Shown: piece by piece, positions 19,431 to 38,324 of the stretch
How the letters are laid out: the number at the start of each line of letters is the position of its first letter
Numbering within the stretch: position 1 is the first letter of the stretch
Source: Eledone cirrhosa
Taxonomy: Eukaryota
Assembly (NCBI GenBank): GCA_964016885.1
Contig: OZ024749.1
Span: forward strand, 15,438,001 to 15,502,000
Length of the DNA: 64,000 bases
Reading direction: 5' to 3'
Program-made: the position numbers and the translations under genes
The notes under the pieces: model-generated
Database searches by the model: none
Told to the model about the DNA's origin: nothing
What the model saw: only the letters and a program-made list of their open reading frames with translations

Positions 19431-20401
19431 TGTACGTCTACGCCCCAGGGAATAGAGTTGAATTTTTTAAGCATGTCCTAGTAATTGGTGGCTTTCGTTG
19501 GCTCAAGTTTCTAGGTTTAGCTTGGTTGGATTGCTTCAAGTTCTCCAGTTAATACAACACTGTGTGGTGACCATAAGTGAGAGCAAAAGCCCAAAATGGC
19601 TGAGGATAAATGCCATCCAGATGACCTACATGGTTTCCTGGTCTTTCGTCTTGAATGACCTCAAAATCTATCCAATTAGTCGTATGGATATTGTCACCAT
19701 CGTAGTCATGTGATCACAAAATGACGCATAATTATTCATATCATTTACAAGGTCACACCGATTATGACTCGGGGATCTCAATATCAATGTGTATCGCAGA
19801 AACTGATATGAGCAACAAGGCGTTGTTTCATGCACATTTCACCAAGGCCGCAACAATGTGCAGACGGCTGTCTATCATTTGCAAATAAATCTGATAATTA
19901 TCAAAATTTTCCAAACATTTAGCGAAATACCTTCCCTATTAGGAAGTTCGTGTTTGGTAACCAACCCAGGCCTAAAAGAGAAAACTATCGAAGCATCGGA
20001 CACCCTCCGATGGGCTTGTGGTCAAACCTATAGCAGTGGAGACTTCCAGCGTTCTTGGACCCCGGGACGACATCCCTACTCACTACTATTGGAGGAAGCG
20101 TTACCCACCCGCAGAAGCGAGCTCCACGAGTTGGAATGGCTATTTTAACTCGCCATCCTCCGGGGCAACGGGTTTTCTCCATTCCATCGGCTGAGTCCAC
20201 GACGCGACCTACACATGGGCTCCCTCTCACACAACAGAACCTTCACTCAATCCTTCTGGGCCTGCATCACTGGAGCAGCGATGCTGCATTGGACAGTCAC
20301 CTAATATATTTCTTCTTTTTCTTATTTCCAATCAATTAATTAACGTTTAAAATCCGGTTTTTTTACTTAGTAAAAATCCTTACAAATAAATACTTCAAAA
20401 T

Positions 20402-20520
20402 AAACAGTTTGTACCATAGAACCAGGAGTGTTTGGAACATAACTTAACAAAGGTTCTTACAAACAGTTTAGTACCATAGAACCACAGGTGTTTGGAACAT
20501 AACTTAACAAAGGTTTTTAC
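20402..20520 (+). repeat. Two tandem copies of a ~60-bp AT-rich unit
   Basis: AAACAGTTT(A)GTACCATAGAACCA..GTGTTTGGAACATAACTTAACAAAGGTT.TTAC at 20402-20460 and 20461-20520. Confidence 0.9.
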
Positions 20521-20789
20521 GTAAAATTCTAATGGAATGTTTTTAGATAAATATAAACAGTTTAAGACTAACAGTTTTGTGTTGTAGAATCAAGGGTGGT
20601 TTAGGCAGTTTGGGGTAAATAGCTTGATGGTATGATTTAATTAATTAGAAGTAATTAGGATTAATTAGAATTAATTGGCTTACAGCGTCATGCATTTTAG
20701 CGGTCACTTTACTAAAACATTGTTGTTACATTGTCCTTTGAGCAGGTCAACTGGTCAACTGGTGATTGGATCTGGTAAACAGATGCAGC

Positions 20790-21200
20790 ACACACACAGA
20801 CAGACAGATAGAGAGATGGACAAACAGGTACGGACAGACATAGACACACACACACATACACACAGACACACACACACAGACACACACACACACACAGACA
20901 GACACACACACAGACACACACACTCACACACACAGACAGACAGATAGAGAGATGGACAAACGGGCACGGACAGACATAGACACACACACACATACACACA
21001 GACACACACACACAGACACACACATACACACAGACACACACACACAGACACACACACACACAAAGACAGACACACAAACAGACACACACACTCACAGAGA
21101 CAGACAGACAGACAGACAGACAGAGACAGACAAACAGACAGATATATGGACAGACATATGCACACTCACACACAGACAGATAGACATACACACACACACA
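20790..21200 (+). repeat. Mixed (CA)n/(GACA)n/GATA microsatellite zone leading into the satellite; contains a ~133-bp duplication
   Basis: CAGATAGAGAGATGGACAAAC.GG.ACGGACAGACATAGACAC occurs at ~20805 and ~20940. Confidence 0.85.
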
Positions 21201-21218
21201 GATACAGTTGACAGATAG

Positions 21219-21252
<34 letters not shown>

Positions 21253-24200
21253 AGTTGACAGATAGACATACACACACACACACAGACACAGTTGACAGAT
21301 AGTCATACACACACACACAGACACAGTTGACAGATAGACATACACACACACACAGACACAGTTGACAGATAGACATACACACACACACACAGTTGACGGA
21401 GAGACACACACACACAGACACAGTTGACAGATAGACATACACACACACACAGACACAGTTGACAGATAGACATACATACACACACACACAGTTGACAGAT
21501 AGACATACACACACACACACAGTTGACAGATAGACATACACACACACACACACACAGACACAGTTGACAGATAGACATACACACACACACACAGACACAG
21601 TTGACAGATAGACATACACACACACACACAGACACAGTTGACAGATAGACATACAGACACACACACAGACAAAGTTGACAGATACACATACACACACACA
21701 CACAGACAAAGTTGACAGATAGACATACACACACACACAGACACAGTTGACAGATAGACATACACACACACACACAGACACAGTTGACAGATAGACATAC
21801 ACACACACACAGACACAGTTGACAGATAGACATACACACACACACACAGACAAAGTTGACAGATAGACATACACACACACAGACACAGTTGACAGATAGA
21901 CATACACACACACACACACAGACACAGTTGACAGATAGAATACACACACAGACACAGTTGACAGATAGAATACACACACACACAGACACAGTTGACAGAT
22001 AGACATACACACACACACACACAGACACAGTTGACAGATAGACATACACACACACACAGACACAGTTGACAGATAGACATACACACACACACACAGACAC
22101 AGACACAGTTGACAGATAGAATACACACACACACAGACACAGTTGACAGATAGAATACACACACACACAGACACAGTTGACAGATAGACATACACACACA
22201 CACACAGACACAGTCGACAGATAGACATACACACACACACACAGACACAGTTGACAGATAGACATACACACACACACACAGACACAGTTGACAGATAGAA
22301 TACACACACACACAGACACAGTTGACAGATAGACATACACACACACACACAGACACAGTTGACAGATAGACATACACACACACACACAGTTGACAGATAG
22401 ACATACACACACACACACACAGACACAGTTGACAGATAGACATACAGACACACACAGACACAGTTGACAGATAGACATACACACACACACAGACACAGTT
22501 GACAGATAGACATACACACACACACACAGACACAGACACAGTTGACAGATAGACATATACACACACACACAGACACAGTTGACAGATAGACATATACACA
22601 CACACACAGACACAGTTGACAGATAGACATACACACACACACACAGACACAGACACAGTTGACAGATAGACATATACACACACACACAGACACAGTTGAC
22701 AGATAGACATACACACACACACAGACACAGTTGACAGATAGACATACACACACACACACACACAGACACAGTTGACAGATAGACATACACACACACACAG
22801 ACACAGTTGACAGATAGACATATACACACACACACAGACACAGTTGACAGATAGACATACACACACACACACAGACACAGACACAGTTGACAGATAGACA
22901 TATACACACACACACAGACACAGTTGACAGATAGACATACACACACACACAGACACAGTTGACAGATAGACATACACACACACACACACACAGACACAGT
23001 TGACAGATAGACATACACACACACACAGACACAGTTGACAGATAGACATATACACACACACACAGACACAGTTGACAGATAGACATACACACACACACAC
23101 ACACAGACACAGTTGAAAGATAGACATACACACACACAGACACAGTTGACAGATAGAAACACACACACACACAGACACAGTTGACAGATAGACATACACA
23201 CACACATACAGACACAGTTGACAGATAGACATACACACACACACAGACACAGTTGACAGATAGACATACACACACACACACAGACAGTTGACAGATAGAC
23301 ATACACACACACACAGACACAGTTGACAGATAGAATACACACACAGACACAGTTGACAGATAGACATACACACACACACACAGACACAGTTGACAGATAG
23401 ACATACACACACACACACAGACAGTTGACAGATAGACATACACACACACACAGACACAGTTGACAGATAGAATACACACACACACAGTTGACAGATAGAC
23501 ATACACACACACACACACACACAGTTGACAGATAGACATTCAGACACACACACAGACACAGTTGACAGAGAGACATACACACGCACAGACACAGTTGACA
23601 GATAGACATACACACACACACACAGACACAGTTGACTGATAGACATACACACACACAGACACAGTTGACAGATAGACATACACACGCACACACACACAGT
23701 TGACAGATAGACATACACACACACACACAGACACAGTTGACTGATAGACATACACACACACACAGACACAGTTGACAGATAGACACACACACACACACAG
23801 ACACAGTTGACAGATAGACATACACACACACACACACAGACACACAGTTGACAGATAGACATACACACACACACACAGACACAGTTGACAGATAGACATA
23901 CACACACACACAGACACAGTTGACAGATAGACATACACACACACACACAGACACAGTTGACTGATAGACATACACACACACAGACACAGTTGACAGATAG
24001 ACATACACACACACACACACAGTTGACAGATAGACATACACACACACACACAGACACAGTTGACTGATAGACATACACACACACACAGACACACACACAC
24101 ACAGTTGACAGATAGACATACACACACACACACAGACACAGTTGACAGATAGACATACGCACACACACAGACACAGTTGACAGATAGACATACACACACA

Positions 24201-24574
24201 CACAGACACAGTTGACAGATAGACATACACACACACACACAGACACAGTTGACAGATAGACATACACACACACACAGACACAGTTGACAGATAGACATAC
24301 ACACACACACACAGACACAGTTGACTGATAGACATACACACACACAGACACACAGTTGACAGATAGACATACACACACACAGACACAGTTGACAGATAGA
24401 CATACACACACACACACACACAGTTGACAGATAGACATACGCACACACACAGACACAGTTGACAGATAGACATACACACACACACAGACACAGTTGACAG
24501 ATAGACATACACACACACACACACACAGTTGACAGAAAGACACACACACACACACAGACACAGTTGACAGATAG

Positions 24575-24610
<36 letters not shown>

Positions 24611-24921
24611 GACAGATAGACATACACACACACACACAGACACAGTTGACAGATAGACATACGCACACACACAGACACAGTTGACAGATAGACATACACA
24701 CACACAGACACAGTGGACAGATAGACATACACACACACAGACACAGTTGACAGATAGACATACACACACACACACAGACACACACACACACACACAGACA
24801 CAGTTGACAGATAGACATACACACACACACACAGACACAGTTGACAGATAGACATAAACACACACACGCAAACACAGTTGACAGATAGACATACACACAC
24901 ACAGATACAGTTGACAGATAG

Positions 24922-24952
<31 letters not shown>

Positions 24953-24967
24953 TACAGTTGACAGATA

Positions 24968-25010
<43 letters not shown>

Positions 25011-26710
25011 AGTTGACAGATAGACACACACACACACACACACAGACACAGTTGACAGATAGACATACACACACACACAGACACAGTTGACAGATAGACA
25101 TACACACACACACACAGACACAGTTGACAGATAGACACACACACACACACACACACAGACACAGTTGACAGATAGACATACACACACACACAGACACAGT
25201 TGACAGATAGACATACACACACACAGATACAGTTGACAGATAGACACACACACACACACACACAGACACAGTTGACAGATAGACATACACACACACACAC
25301 AGTTGACAGATAGACATACACACACACAGACACAGTTGACAGATAGACATACACAGACACGCAGACACAGTTGACAGATAGACATACACACACACAGACA
25401 CAGTTGACAGATAGACACACACACACACAGACACAGTTGACAGATAGACATACACACACACACACAGACACAGTTGACCGATAGACATACACACACACAC
25501 AGACACAGTTGACAGATAGACATACACACACAAATAAAAACAGACATAGTTGACAGATAAACATACACACACACACAGACACAGTTGACAGATAGAATAC
25601 ACACACACACAGACACAGTTGACAGATAGACATACACACACACACACACACAGTTGACAGATAGACATACACACACACACACACAGACACAGTTGACAGA
25701 TAGACATACAGACACACACAGACACAGTTGACAGATAGACATACACGCACACACACAGACACAGTTGACAGATAGACATACAGACACACACAGACACAGT
25801 TGACAGATAGACATACACACACACAGAGACACAGTTGACAGATAGACATACACACACACACACACAGACACAGTTGACAGATAGACATACACACACACAC
25901 AGACACAGTTGACAGATAGACATACACACACACACACACAGACACAGTTGACAGATAGACATACACACACACACACACACAGTTGACAGATAGACATACA
26001 CACACACACACACAGACACAGTTGACAGATAGACATACACACACACACAGACACAGTTGACAGATAGACATACACACACACACACACAGACACAGTTGAC
26101 AGATAGACATACAGACACACACAGACACAGTTGACAGATAGACATACACACACACACACAGACACAGTTGACAGATAGACATACACACACACACAGACAC
26201 AGTTGACAGATAGACATACACACACACACACACAGACACAGTTGACAGATAGAATACACACACACACAGACACAGTTGACAGATAGACATACACACACAC
26301 ACAGACACAGTTGACAGATAGAATACACACACACACAGACACAGTTGACAGATAGACATACACACACACACACAGTTGACAGATAGACATACACACACAC
26401 ACACACAGACACAGTTGACAGATAGATATACACATACAGACAGACACAGTTGACAGATAGAATACACACACACACAGATACAGTTGACAGATAGACATAC
26501 ACACACACACACAGACACAGTTGACAGATAGACATACACACACACACACACATACACAGTTGACAGATAGACATACACACACACACACAGACACAGTTGA
26601 CAGATAGAAATACACATACACACAGACACAGTTGACAGATAGACATACACACATACACACAGACACAGTTGACAGATAGACATACACACACACACACAGT
26701 TGACAGATAG

Positions 26711-26746
<36 letters not shown>

Positions 26747-26909
26747 AGTTGACAGATAGACATACATACACACACAGACACAGTTAACAGATAGACATGC
26801 ACACACACACAGACACAGTTGACAGATAGACATACACAAACACACACACACACATACACAGTTGACAGATAGACATACACACACACACACACACACAGTT
26901 GACAGATAG

Positions 26910-26945
<36 letters not shown>

Positions 26946-29455
26946 AGTTGACAGATAGACATACATACACACACAGACACAGTTAACAGATAGACATGCA
27001 CACACACACAGACACAGCTGACAGATAGACATACACAAACACACACACACACAGACACAGTTGACAGATAGACATACACACACACAGACATAGTTGACAG
27101 ATAGACATACACACACACACACAGACACAGTTGACAGATAGACATACACACACACACAGACACAGTTGACAGATAGACATACACACACACAGACACAGTT
27201 GACAGATAGACATACACACACACACACACAGACACAGTTGACAGATAGACATACACACACACACAGACACACACACACACACAGACACAGTTGACAGATA
27301 GACATACACACACACACACAGACACAGTTGACTGATAGACATACACACACACACGCAGACACAGTTGACAGATAGACATACACACACACACACAGACACA
27401 GTCGATAGATAGACATACACACACACACGCAGACACAGTTGACAGATAGACATACACACACACAGACACAGTTGACAGATAGACATACACACACACACAG
27501 ACACAGTTGACAGATAGACATACACACACACACGCAGACACAGTTGACAGATAGACATACACACACACAGACACAGTTGACAGATAGACATACACACACA
27601 CACAGACACAGTTGACAGATAGAATACGCACACACACAGACACAGTTGACAGATAGACATACACACACACACACAGACACAGTTGACAGATAGACATACA
27701 CACACACACAGACACAGTTGACAGATAGACATACACACACACACAGACACAGTTGACAGATAGACATACACACACACACAGACACAGTTGACAGATAGAC
27801 ATACACACACACACACAGACACAGTTGACAGATAGACATACACAGTTGACAGATAGACATTCACACACACACACAGACACAGTTGACAGAGAGACATACA
27901 CACACACAGACACAGTTGACAGATAGACATACACACACAGTTGACAGATAGACATTCACACACACACACAGACACAGTTGACTGATAGACATACACACAC
28001 AGACACAGTTGACAGATAGACATACACACACACACACACAGTTGACAGATAGACATACACACACACAGACACAGTTGACTGATAGACATACACACACACA
28101 CAGACACAGACACAGTTGACAGATAGACAAACACACACACAGACACAGTTGACAGATAGACATACACACACACACAGACACAGTTGACAGATAGACATAC
28201 ACACACACACAGACACAGTTGACAGATAGACATACACACACACACACACACAGTTGACAGATAGACATACACACACACACACACAGAGACACAGTTGACA
28301 GATAGACATACACACACACACAGACACAGTTGACAGATAGACAAACACACACACAGACACAGTTGACAGATAGACATACACACACACACAGACACAGTTC
28401 ACAGATAGACATACACACACACACACAGACACAGTTGACATATAGACATACACACATACACGCAGACACAGTTGACAGATAGACATACACACACACACAG
28501 ACACAGTCGACAGATAGACATACACAGTTGACAGATAGACATACACACACACACACAGACACAGTTGACAGATAGACATACACACACACACACAGACACA
28601 GTTGACAGATAGACATACACACACGCAGACACAGTTGACAGATAGACACACACACAGACACAGTTGACAGATAGACATACACACACACACACAGACACAG
28701 TTGACAGATAGACATACACACACATACAGACACAGTTGACCGATAGACATACACACACACACAGACACAGTTCACAGATAGAATACACACACACACAGAC
28801 ACAGTTGACAGATAGACATACACACACACACACACACAGTTGACAGATAGACATACACACACACACACACAGACACAGTTGACAGATAGACATACAGACA
28901 CACACAGACACAGTTGACAGATAAATATACACACACACACACAGACACAGTTGACAGATAGACATACACACACACACACAGACACAGTTGACAGATAGAC
29001 ATACACACACATACAGACACAGTTGACAGATAGACATACACACACACACACACAGACACAGTTGACAGATAGAATACACACACACACAGACACAGTTGAC
29101 AGATAGACATACACACACACACAGACACAGTTGACAGATAGATATACACATACAGACAGACACAGTTGACAGATAGAATACACACACACACAGACACAGT
29201 TGACAGATAGACATACACACACACACACAGACACAGTTGACAGATAGACATACACACACACACACACATACACAGTTGACAGATAGACATACACACACAC
29301 ACACAGACACAGTTGACAGATAGAAATACACATACACACAGACACAGTTGACAGATAGACATACACACACACACACAGTTGACAGATAGACATACACATA
29401 CACACAGACAAAGTTGACAGATAGACATACACACACACACACAGTTGACAGATAG

Positions 29456-29529
<74 letters not shown>

Positions 29530-32500
29530 GACAGATAGACATACAGACACAAACAGACATAGTTGACAGATAGACATACACACACACACAGACACAGTTG
29601 ACAGATAAACATACACACACACACACAGACACAGTTGACAGATAGACATACACACACACACAGACACAGTTGACAGATAGACATACACACACACACAGAC
29701 ACAGTTGACAGATAGACATACACACACAGTTGACAGATAGACATTCACACACACACACAGACACAGTTGACTGATAGACATACACACACAGACACAGTTG
29801 ACAGATAGACATACACACACACACACACACAGTTGACAGATAGACATACACACACACAGACACAGTTGACTGATAGACATACACACACACACAGACACAG
29901 TTGACAGCTAGACATACACACACACACAGACACAGTTGACAGATAGACATACACACACACACAGACACAGTTGACAGATAGAATACACACACACACAGAC
30001 ACAGTTGACAGATAGACATACACACACACACACAGACACAGTTGACAGATAGACATACACACACACATACACAGTTGACAGATAGACATACACACACACA
30101 CACAGACACAGTTGACAGATAGACATACACACACACACACACACACAGACACAGTTGACAGATAGACATACACACACACACACACAGACACAGTTGACAG
30201 ATAGACATACACACACACACAGACACAGTTGACAGATAGACATACACACACACAGTTGACAGATAGACACACACACACACACACACAGACACAGTTGACA
30301 GATAGACATACACACACACACACAGACACAGTTGACAGATAGACATACACACACACACAGACACAGTTGACAGATAGACATACACACACACACACAGACA
30401 CAGTTGACAGCTAGACATACACACACAGTTGACAGATAGACATTCACACACACACACACAGACACAGTTGACAGAGAGACATACACACACACAGACACAG
30501 ATGACAGATAGACATACACACACACACACAGACACAGTTGACTGATAGACATACACACACACACACAGACACAGTTGACAGATAGACATACACACACACA
30601 CACATTTGACAGATAGAATACACACACACACAGACACAGTTGACAGATAGACATTCACACACACACACAGACACAGTTGACAGAGAGACATACACACACA
30701 CAGACACAGTTGACAGATAGACATACACACACACACACAGACACAGTTGACAGATAGACATACACACACACACACATTTGACAGATAGAATACACACACA
30801 CACAGACACAGTTGACAGATAGACATTCACACACACACACAGACACAGTTGACAGAGAGACATACACACACACAGACACAGTTGACAGATAGACATACAC
30901 ACACACACAGACACAGTTGACAGATAGACATACACACACACACACAGACACAGTTGACTGATAGACATACACACACACACACAGACGCAGTTGACAGATA
31001 GACATACACACACACACACATTTGACAGATAGAATACACACACACACAGACACAGTTGACAGATAGACATACACACACACACAGACACAGTTGACAGATA
31101 GACATACACACACACACACACAGACACAGTTGACAGATAGACATACACACACACACAGACACAGTTGACAGATAGACATACACACACACACACACACAGT
31201 TGACAGATAGACATACACACACACACAGACACAGTTGACAGATAGACATACACACAGTTGACAGATAGACATATACACACACAGACACAGTTGACAGATA
31301 GACATACATACACACACAGACACAGTTAATAGATAGACATGCACACACACACAGACACAGTTGACAGATAGACATACACAAACACACACACAGTTGACAG
31401 ATAGACATACACACACACACAGACACAGTTGACAGATAGACATACACACACACACAGACACAGTTGACAGATAGACACACACACACACAGACACAGTTGA
31501 CAGATAGACATACACACACACACACAGACACAGTTGACAGATAGACATACACACACACAGACACAGTTGACAGATAGACATACACACACACACAGACACA
31601 GTTGACAGATAGACATACACACACACAGACACAGTTGACAGATAGACATACACACACACACACAGACACAGTTGACAGATAGACATACACACACACACAC
31701 TAACACAGTTGACAGATAGACATACACACACACACATACACACACACACACACAGACACAGTTGACAGATAGACATACACACACACACGCAGACACAGTT
31801 GACAGATAGACATACACACACACACAGACACAGTCGATAGATAGACATACACACACACAGACACAGTTGACAGATAGACATACACACACACACAGACACA
31901 GTTGACAGATAGACATACACACACACACACAGACACAGTTGACAGATAGACATACACACACACACAGACACAGTTGACAGATAGAATACACACACACACA
32001 GACACAGTTGACAGATAGACATACACACACACACACACACAGACACAGTTGGCAGATAGACATACACACACACACACCGACACAGTTGACAGATAGACAT
32101 ACACACACACACACAGACACAGTTGACAGATAGACATACACAGACACACAGACACAGTTGACAGATAGACATACACACACACACAGACACAGTTGACAGA
32201 TAGACATACACACACAGACACAGTTGACAGATAGACAGACACACACACACAGACACAGTTGACAGATAGACATACACACACACACACAGACACAGTTGAC
32301 AGATAGACATACACACACACACAGACACAGTTGACAGATAGACATACACACACACACACAGACACAGTTGACAGCTAGACATACACACACAGTTGACAGA
32401 TAGACATTCACACACACACACAGACACAGTTGACAGAGAGACATACACACACACTGACACATTTGACAGATAGACATACACACACACACACAGACACAGT

Positions 32501-33393
32501 TGACTGATAGACATACACACACACACACAGACACAGTTGACAGATAGACATACACACACACACACACAGTTGACAGATGGAATACACACACAGACACAGT
32601 TGACAGATAGACATACACACACACTGTTGACAGATAGACATACACACACACACACACAGACACAGTTGACAGATATACATACACACACACACAGACACAG
32701 TTGACAGATAGACATACACACACACACACAGACACAGTTGACAGATAGACATACACACACACACAAACACAATTGACAGATAGACATACACACACACACA
32801 GACACAGTTGACAGATAGACATACACACACACACACAGTTGACAGATAGACATACACACACACACACAGAGACACAGTTGACAGATAGACATACACACAC
32901 ACACAGACACAGTTGACAGATAGACAAACACACACACAGACACAGTTGACAGATAGACATACACACACACACACAGACACAGTTGACAGATAGATACACA
33001 CACACACACACACACAGACACAGTTGACAGATAGACATACACACACACACACACATACACAGTTGACAGATAGACATACACACACACACACAGACACAGT
33101 TGACAGATAGATATACACATACAGACAGACACAGTTGACAGATAGAATACACACACACACAGACACAGTTGACAGATAGACATACACACACACACACAGA
33201 CACAGTTGACAGATAGACATACACACACACACACAGACACAGTTCACAGATAGACATACACACATACACACAGACACAGTTGACAGATAGACATACACAC
33301 ACACACACAGACACAGTTGACAGATAGACATACACATACACACAGACACAGTTGACAGATAGACATACACACACACACACAGTTGACAGATAG

Positions 33394-33451
<58 letters not shown>

Positions 33452-34988
33452 AGACACAGTTGACAGATAGACATACAGACACACACAGACAAAGTTGACA
33501 GATAGACATACACACACACACAGACACAGTTGACAGATAAACACACACACACACACACAGACACAGTTGACAGATAGACATACACACACACACAGACACA
33601 GTTGACAGATAGACATACACACACACACAGACACAGTTGACAGATAGAATACACACACACACAGACACAGTTGACAGATAGACATACACACACACACACA
33701 GACACAGTTGACAGATAGACATACACACACACACACCGACACAGTTGACAGATAGACATACACACACACACACAGACACAGTTGACAGATAGACATACAC
33801 AGACACACAGACACAGTTGACAGATAGACATACACACACACACAGACACAGTTGACAGATAGACATACACACACACAGACACAGTTGACAGATAGACAGA
33901 CACACACACACAGACACAGTTGACAGATAGACATACACACACACACACAGACACAGTTGACAGATAGACATACACACACACACAGACACAGTTGACAGAT
34001 AGACATACACACACACACACAGACACAGTTGACAGCTAGACATACACACACAGTTGACAGATAGACATTCACACACACACACAGACACAGTTGACAGAGA
34101 GACATACACACACACTGACACATTTGACAGATAGACATACACACACACACACAGACACAGTTGACTGATAGACATACACACACACACACAGACACAGTTG
34201 ACAGATAGACATACACACACACACACACAGTTGACAGATGGAATACACACACAGACACAGTTGACAGATAGACATACACACACACACAGACACAGTTGAC
34301 AGATAGACATACACACACACACACAGACACAGTTGACAGATAGACATACACACACACACAAACACAATTGACAGATAGACATACACACACACACAGACAC
34401 AGTTGACAGATAGACATACACACACACACACAGTTGACAGATAGACATACACACACACACACAGAGACACAGTTGACAGATAGACATACACACACACACA
34501 GACACAGTTGACAGATAGACAAACACACACACAGACACAGTTGACAGATAGACATACACACACACACACAGACACAGTTGACAGATAGACATACACACAC
34601 ACACACACACAGACACAGTTGACAGATAGACATACACACACACACACACATACACAGTTGACAGATAGACATACACACACACACACAGACACAGTTGACA
34701 GATAGATATACACATACAGACAGACACAGTTGACAGATAGAATACACACACACACAGACACAGTTGACAGATAGACATACACACACACACACAGACACAG
34801 TTGACAGATAGACATACACACACACACACAGACACAGTTCACAGATAGACATACACACATACACACAGACACAGTTGACAGATAGACATACACACACACA
34901 CACAGACACAGTTGACAGATAGACATACACATACACACAGACACAGTTGACAGATAGACATACACACACACACACAGTTGACAGATAG

Positions 34989-35042
<54 letters not shown>

Positions 35043-38000
35043 AGACACAGTTGACAGATAGACATACAGATACACACAGACAAAGTTGACAGATAGACAT
35101 ACACACACACACAGACACAGTTGACAGATAAACACACACACACACACACAGACACAGTTGACAGATAGACATACACACACACACAGACACAGTTGACAGA
35201 TAGACATACACACACACACAGACACAGTTGACAGATAAACATACACACACACACAGACACAGATGACAGATAGACATACACACACACAGTTGACAGATAG
35301 ACACACACACACACACACAGACACAGTTGACAGATAGACATACACACACACACACACAGACACAGTTGACAGATAGACATACACACACACACAGACACAG
35401 TTGACAGATAGACATACACACACACACACAGACACAGTTGACAGCTAGACATACACACACAGTTGACAGATAGACATTCACACAGACACACACAGACACA
35501 GTTGACAGAGAGACATACACACACACAGACACAGTTGACAGATAGACATACACACACACACACAGACACAGTTGACTGATAGACATACACACACACACAC
35601 AGACACAGTTGACAGATAGACATACACACACACACACATTTGACAGATAGAATACACACACACACAGACACAGTTGACAGATAGACATTTACACACACAC
35701 ACAGACACAGTTGACAGAGAGACATACACACACACAGACACAGTTGACAGATAGACATACACACACACACACAGACACAGTTGACTGATAGACATACACA
35801 CACACACACAGACGCAGTTGACAGATAGACATACACACACACACACATTTGACAGATAGAATACACACACACACAGACACAGTTGACAGATAGACATTTA
35901 CACACACACACAGACACAGTTGACAGAGAGACATACACACATACAGACACAGTTGACAGATAGACATACACACACACACAGACACAGTTGACAGATAGAC
36001 ATACACACACACACACACAGACACAGTTGACAGATAGACATACACACACACACAGACACAGTTGACAGATAGACATACACACACACACACAGTTGACAGA
36101 TAGACATACACACAGTTGACAGATAGACATATACACACACACACAGACACAGTTGACAGATAGACATACATACACACACAGACACAGTTAACAGATAGAC
36201 ATGCACAAACACACACACACAGTTGACAGATAGACATACACACACACACAGACACAGTTGACAGATAGACATACACAAACACACACACAGTTGACAGATA
36301 GACATACACACACACACAGTCACAGTTGACAGATAGACACACACACACACAGACACAGTTGACAGATAGACATACACACACACACACAGACACAGTTGAC
36401 AGATAGACATACACACACACAGACACAGTTGACAGATAGACATACACACACACACAGACACAGTTGACAGATAGACATACACACACACAGACACAGTTGA
36501 CAGATAGACATACACACACACACACAGACACAGTTGACAGATAGACATACACGCACACACACTAACACAGTTGACAGATAGACATACACACACACACATA
36601 CACACACACACACACAGACACAGTTGACAGATAGACATACACACACATACGCAGACACAGTTGACAGATAGACATACACACACACACAGACACAGTCGAT
36701 AGATAGACATACACACACACACACAGACACAGTTGACAGATAGACATACACACACACACAGACACAGTTGACAGATAGACATACACACACACACACAGAC
36801 ACAGTTGACAGATAGACATACACACACACACAGACACAGTTGACAGATAGAATACACACACACACAGACACAGTTGACAGATAGACATACACACACACAC
36901 ACAGACACAGTTGACAGATAGACATACACACACACACACCGACACAGTTGACAGATAGACATACACACACACAGACACAGTTGACAGATAGCCATACACA
37001 GACACACAGACACAGTTGACAGATAGACATACACACACACACAGACACAGTTGACAGATAGACATACACACACACAGACACAGTTGACAGATAGACAGAC
37101 ACACACACACAGACACAGTTGACAGATAGACATACACACACACAGACACAGTTGACAGATAGACATACACACACACACAGACACAGTTGACAGATAGACA
37201 TACACACACACACACAGACACAGTTGACAGCTAGACATACACACACAGTTGACAGATAGACATTCACACACACACACAGACATAGTTGACAGAGAGACAT
37301 ACACACACACTGACACATTTGACAGATAGACATACACACACACACACAGACACAGTTGACTGATAGACATACACACACACACACAGACACAGTTGACAGA
37401 TAGACATACACACACACACACACACAGTTGACAGATGGAATACACACACAGACACAGTTGACAGATAGACATACACACACACTGTTGACAAATAGACATA
37501 CACACACACACACACAGACACAGTTGACAGATAGACATACACACACACACAGACACAGTTGACAGATAGACATACACACACACACACAGACACAGTTGAC
37601 AGATAGACATACCCACACACACAGACACAATTGACAGATAGACATACACACACACACAGACACAGTTGACAGATAGACATACACACACACACACAGTTGA
37701 CAGATAGACATACACACACACACACAGAGACACAGTTGACAGATAGACATACACACACACACAGACACAGTTGACAGATAGAGAAACACACACACAGACA
37801 CAGTTGACAGATAGACATACACACACACACACAGACACAGTTGACAGATAGACATACACACACACACACACACAGACACAGTTGACAGATAGACATACAC
37901 ACACACACACACATACACAGTTGACAGATAGACATACACACACACACACAGACACAGTTGACAGATAGATATACACATACAGACAGACACAGTTGACAGA

Positions 38001-38278
38001 TAGAATACACACACACACAGACACAGTTGACAGATAGACATACACACACACACACAGACACAGTTGACAGATAGACATACACACACACACATACACAGTT
38101 GACAGATAGACATACACACACACACACAGACACAGTTGACAGATAGAAATACACATACACACAGACACAGTTGACAGATAGACATACACACACACACACA
38201 GACACAGTTGACAGATAGACATACACATACACACAGACACAGTTGACAGATAGACATACACACACAGTTGACAGATAG

Positions 38279-38324
<46 letters not shown>

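Noticed and set aside
19430-20340. Unique-looking, moderately GC-rich segment with 70-96 aa ORFs
   Set aside because: No recognisable domain or motif in any frame; probably a decayed transposon or UTR fragment, and it needs a database search.
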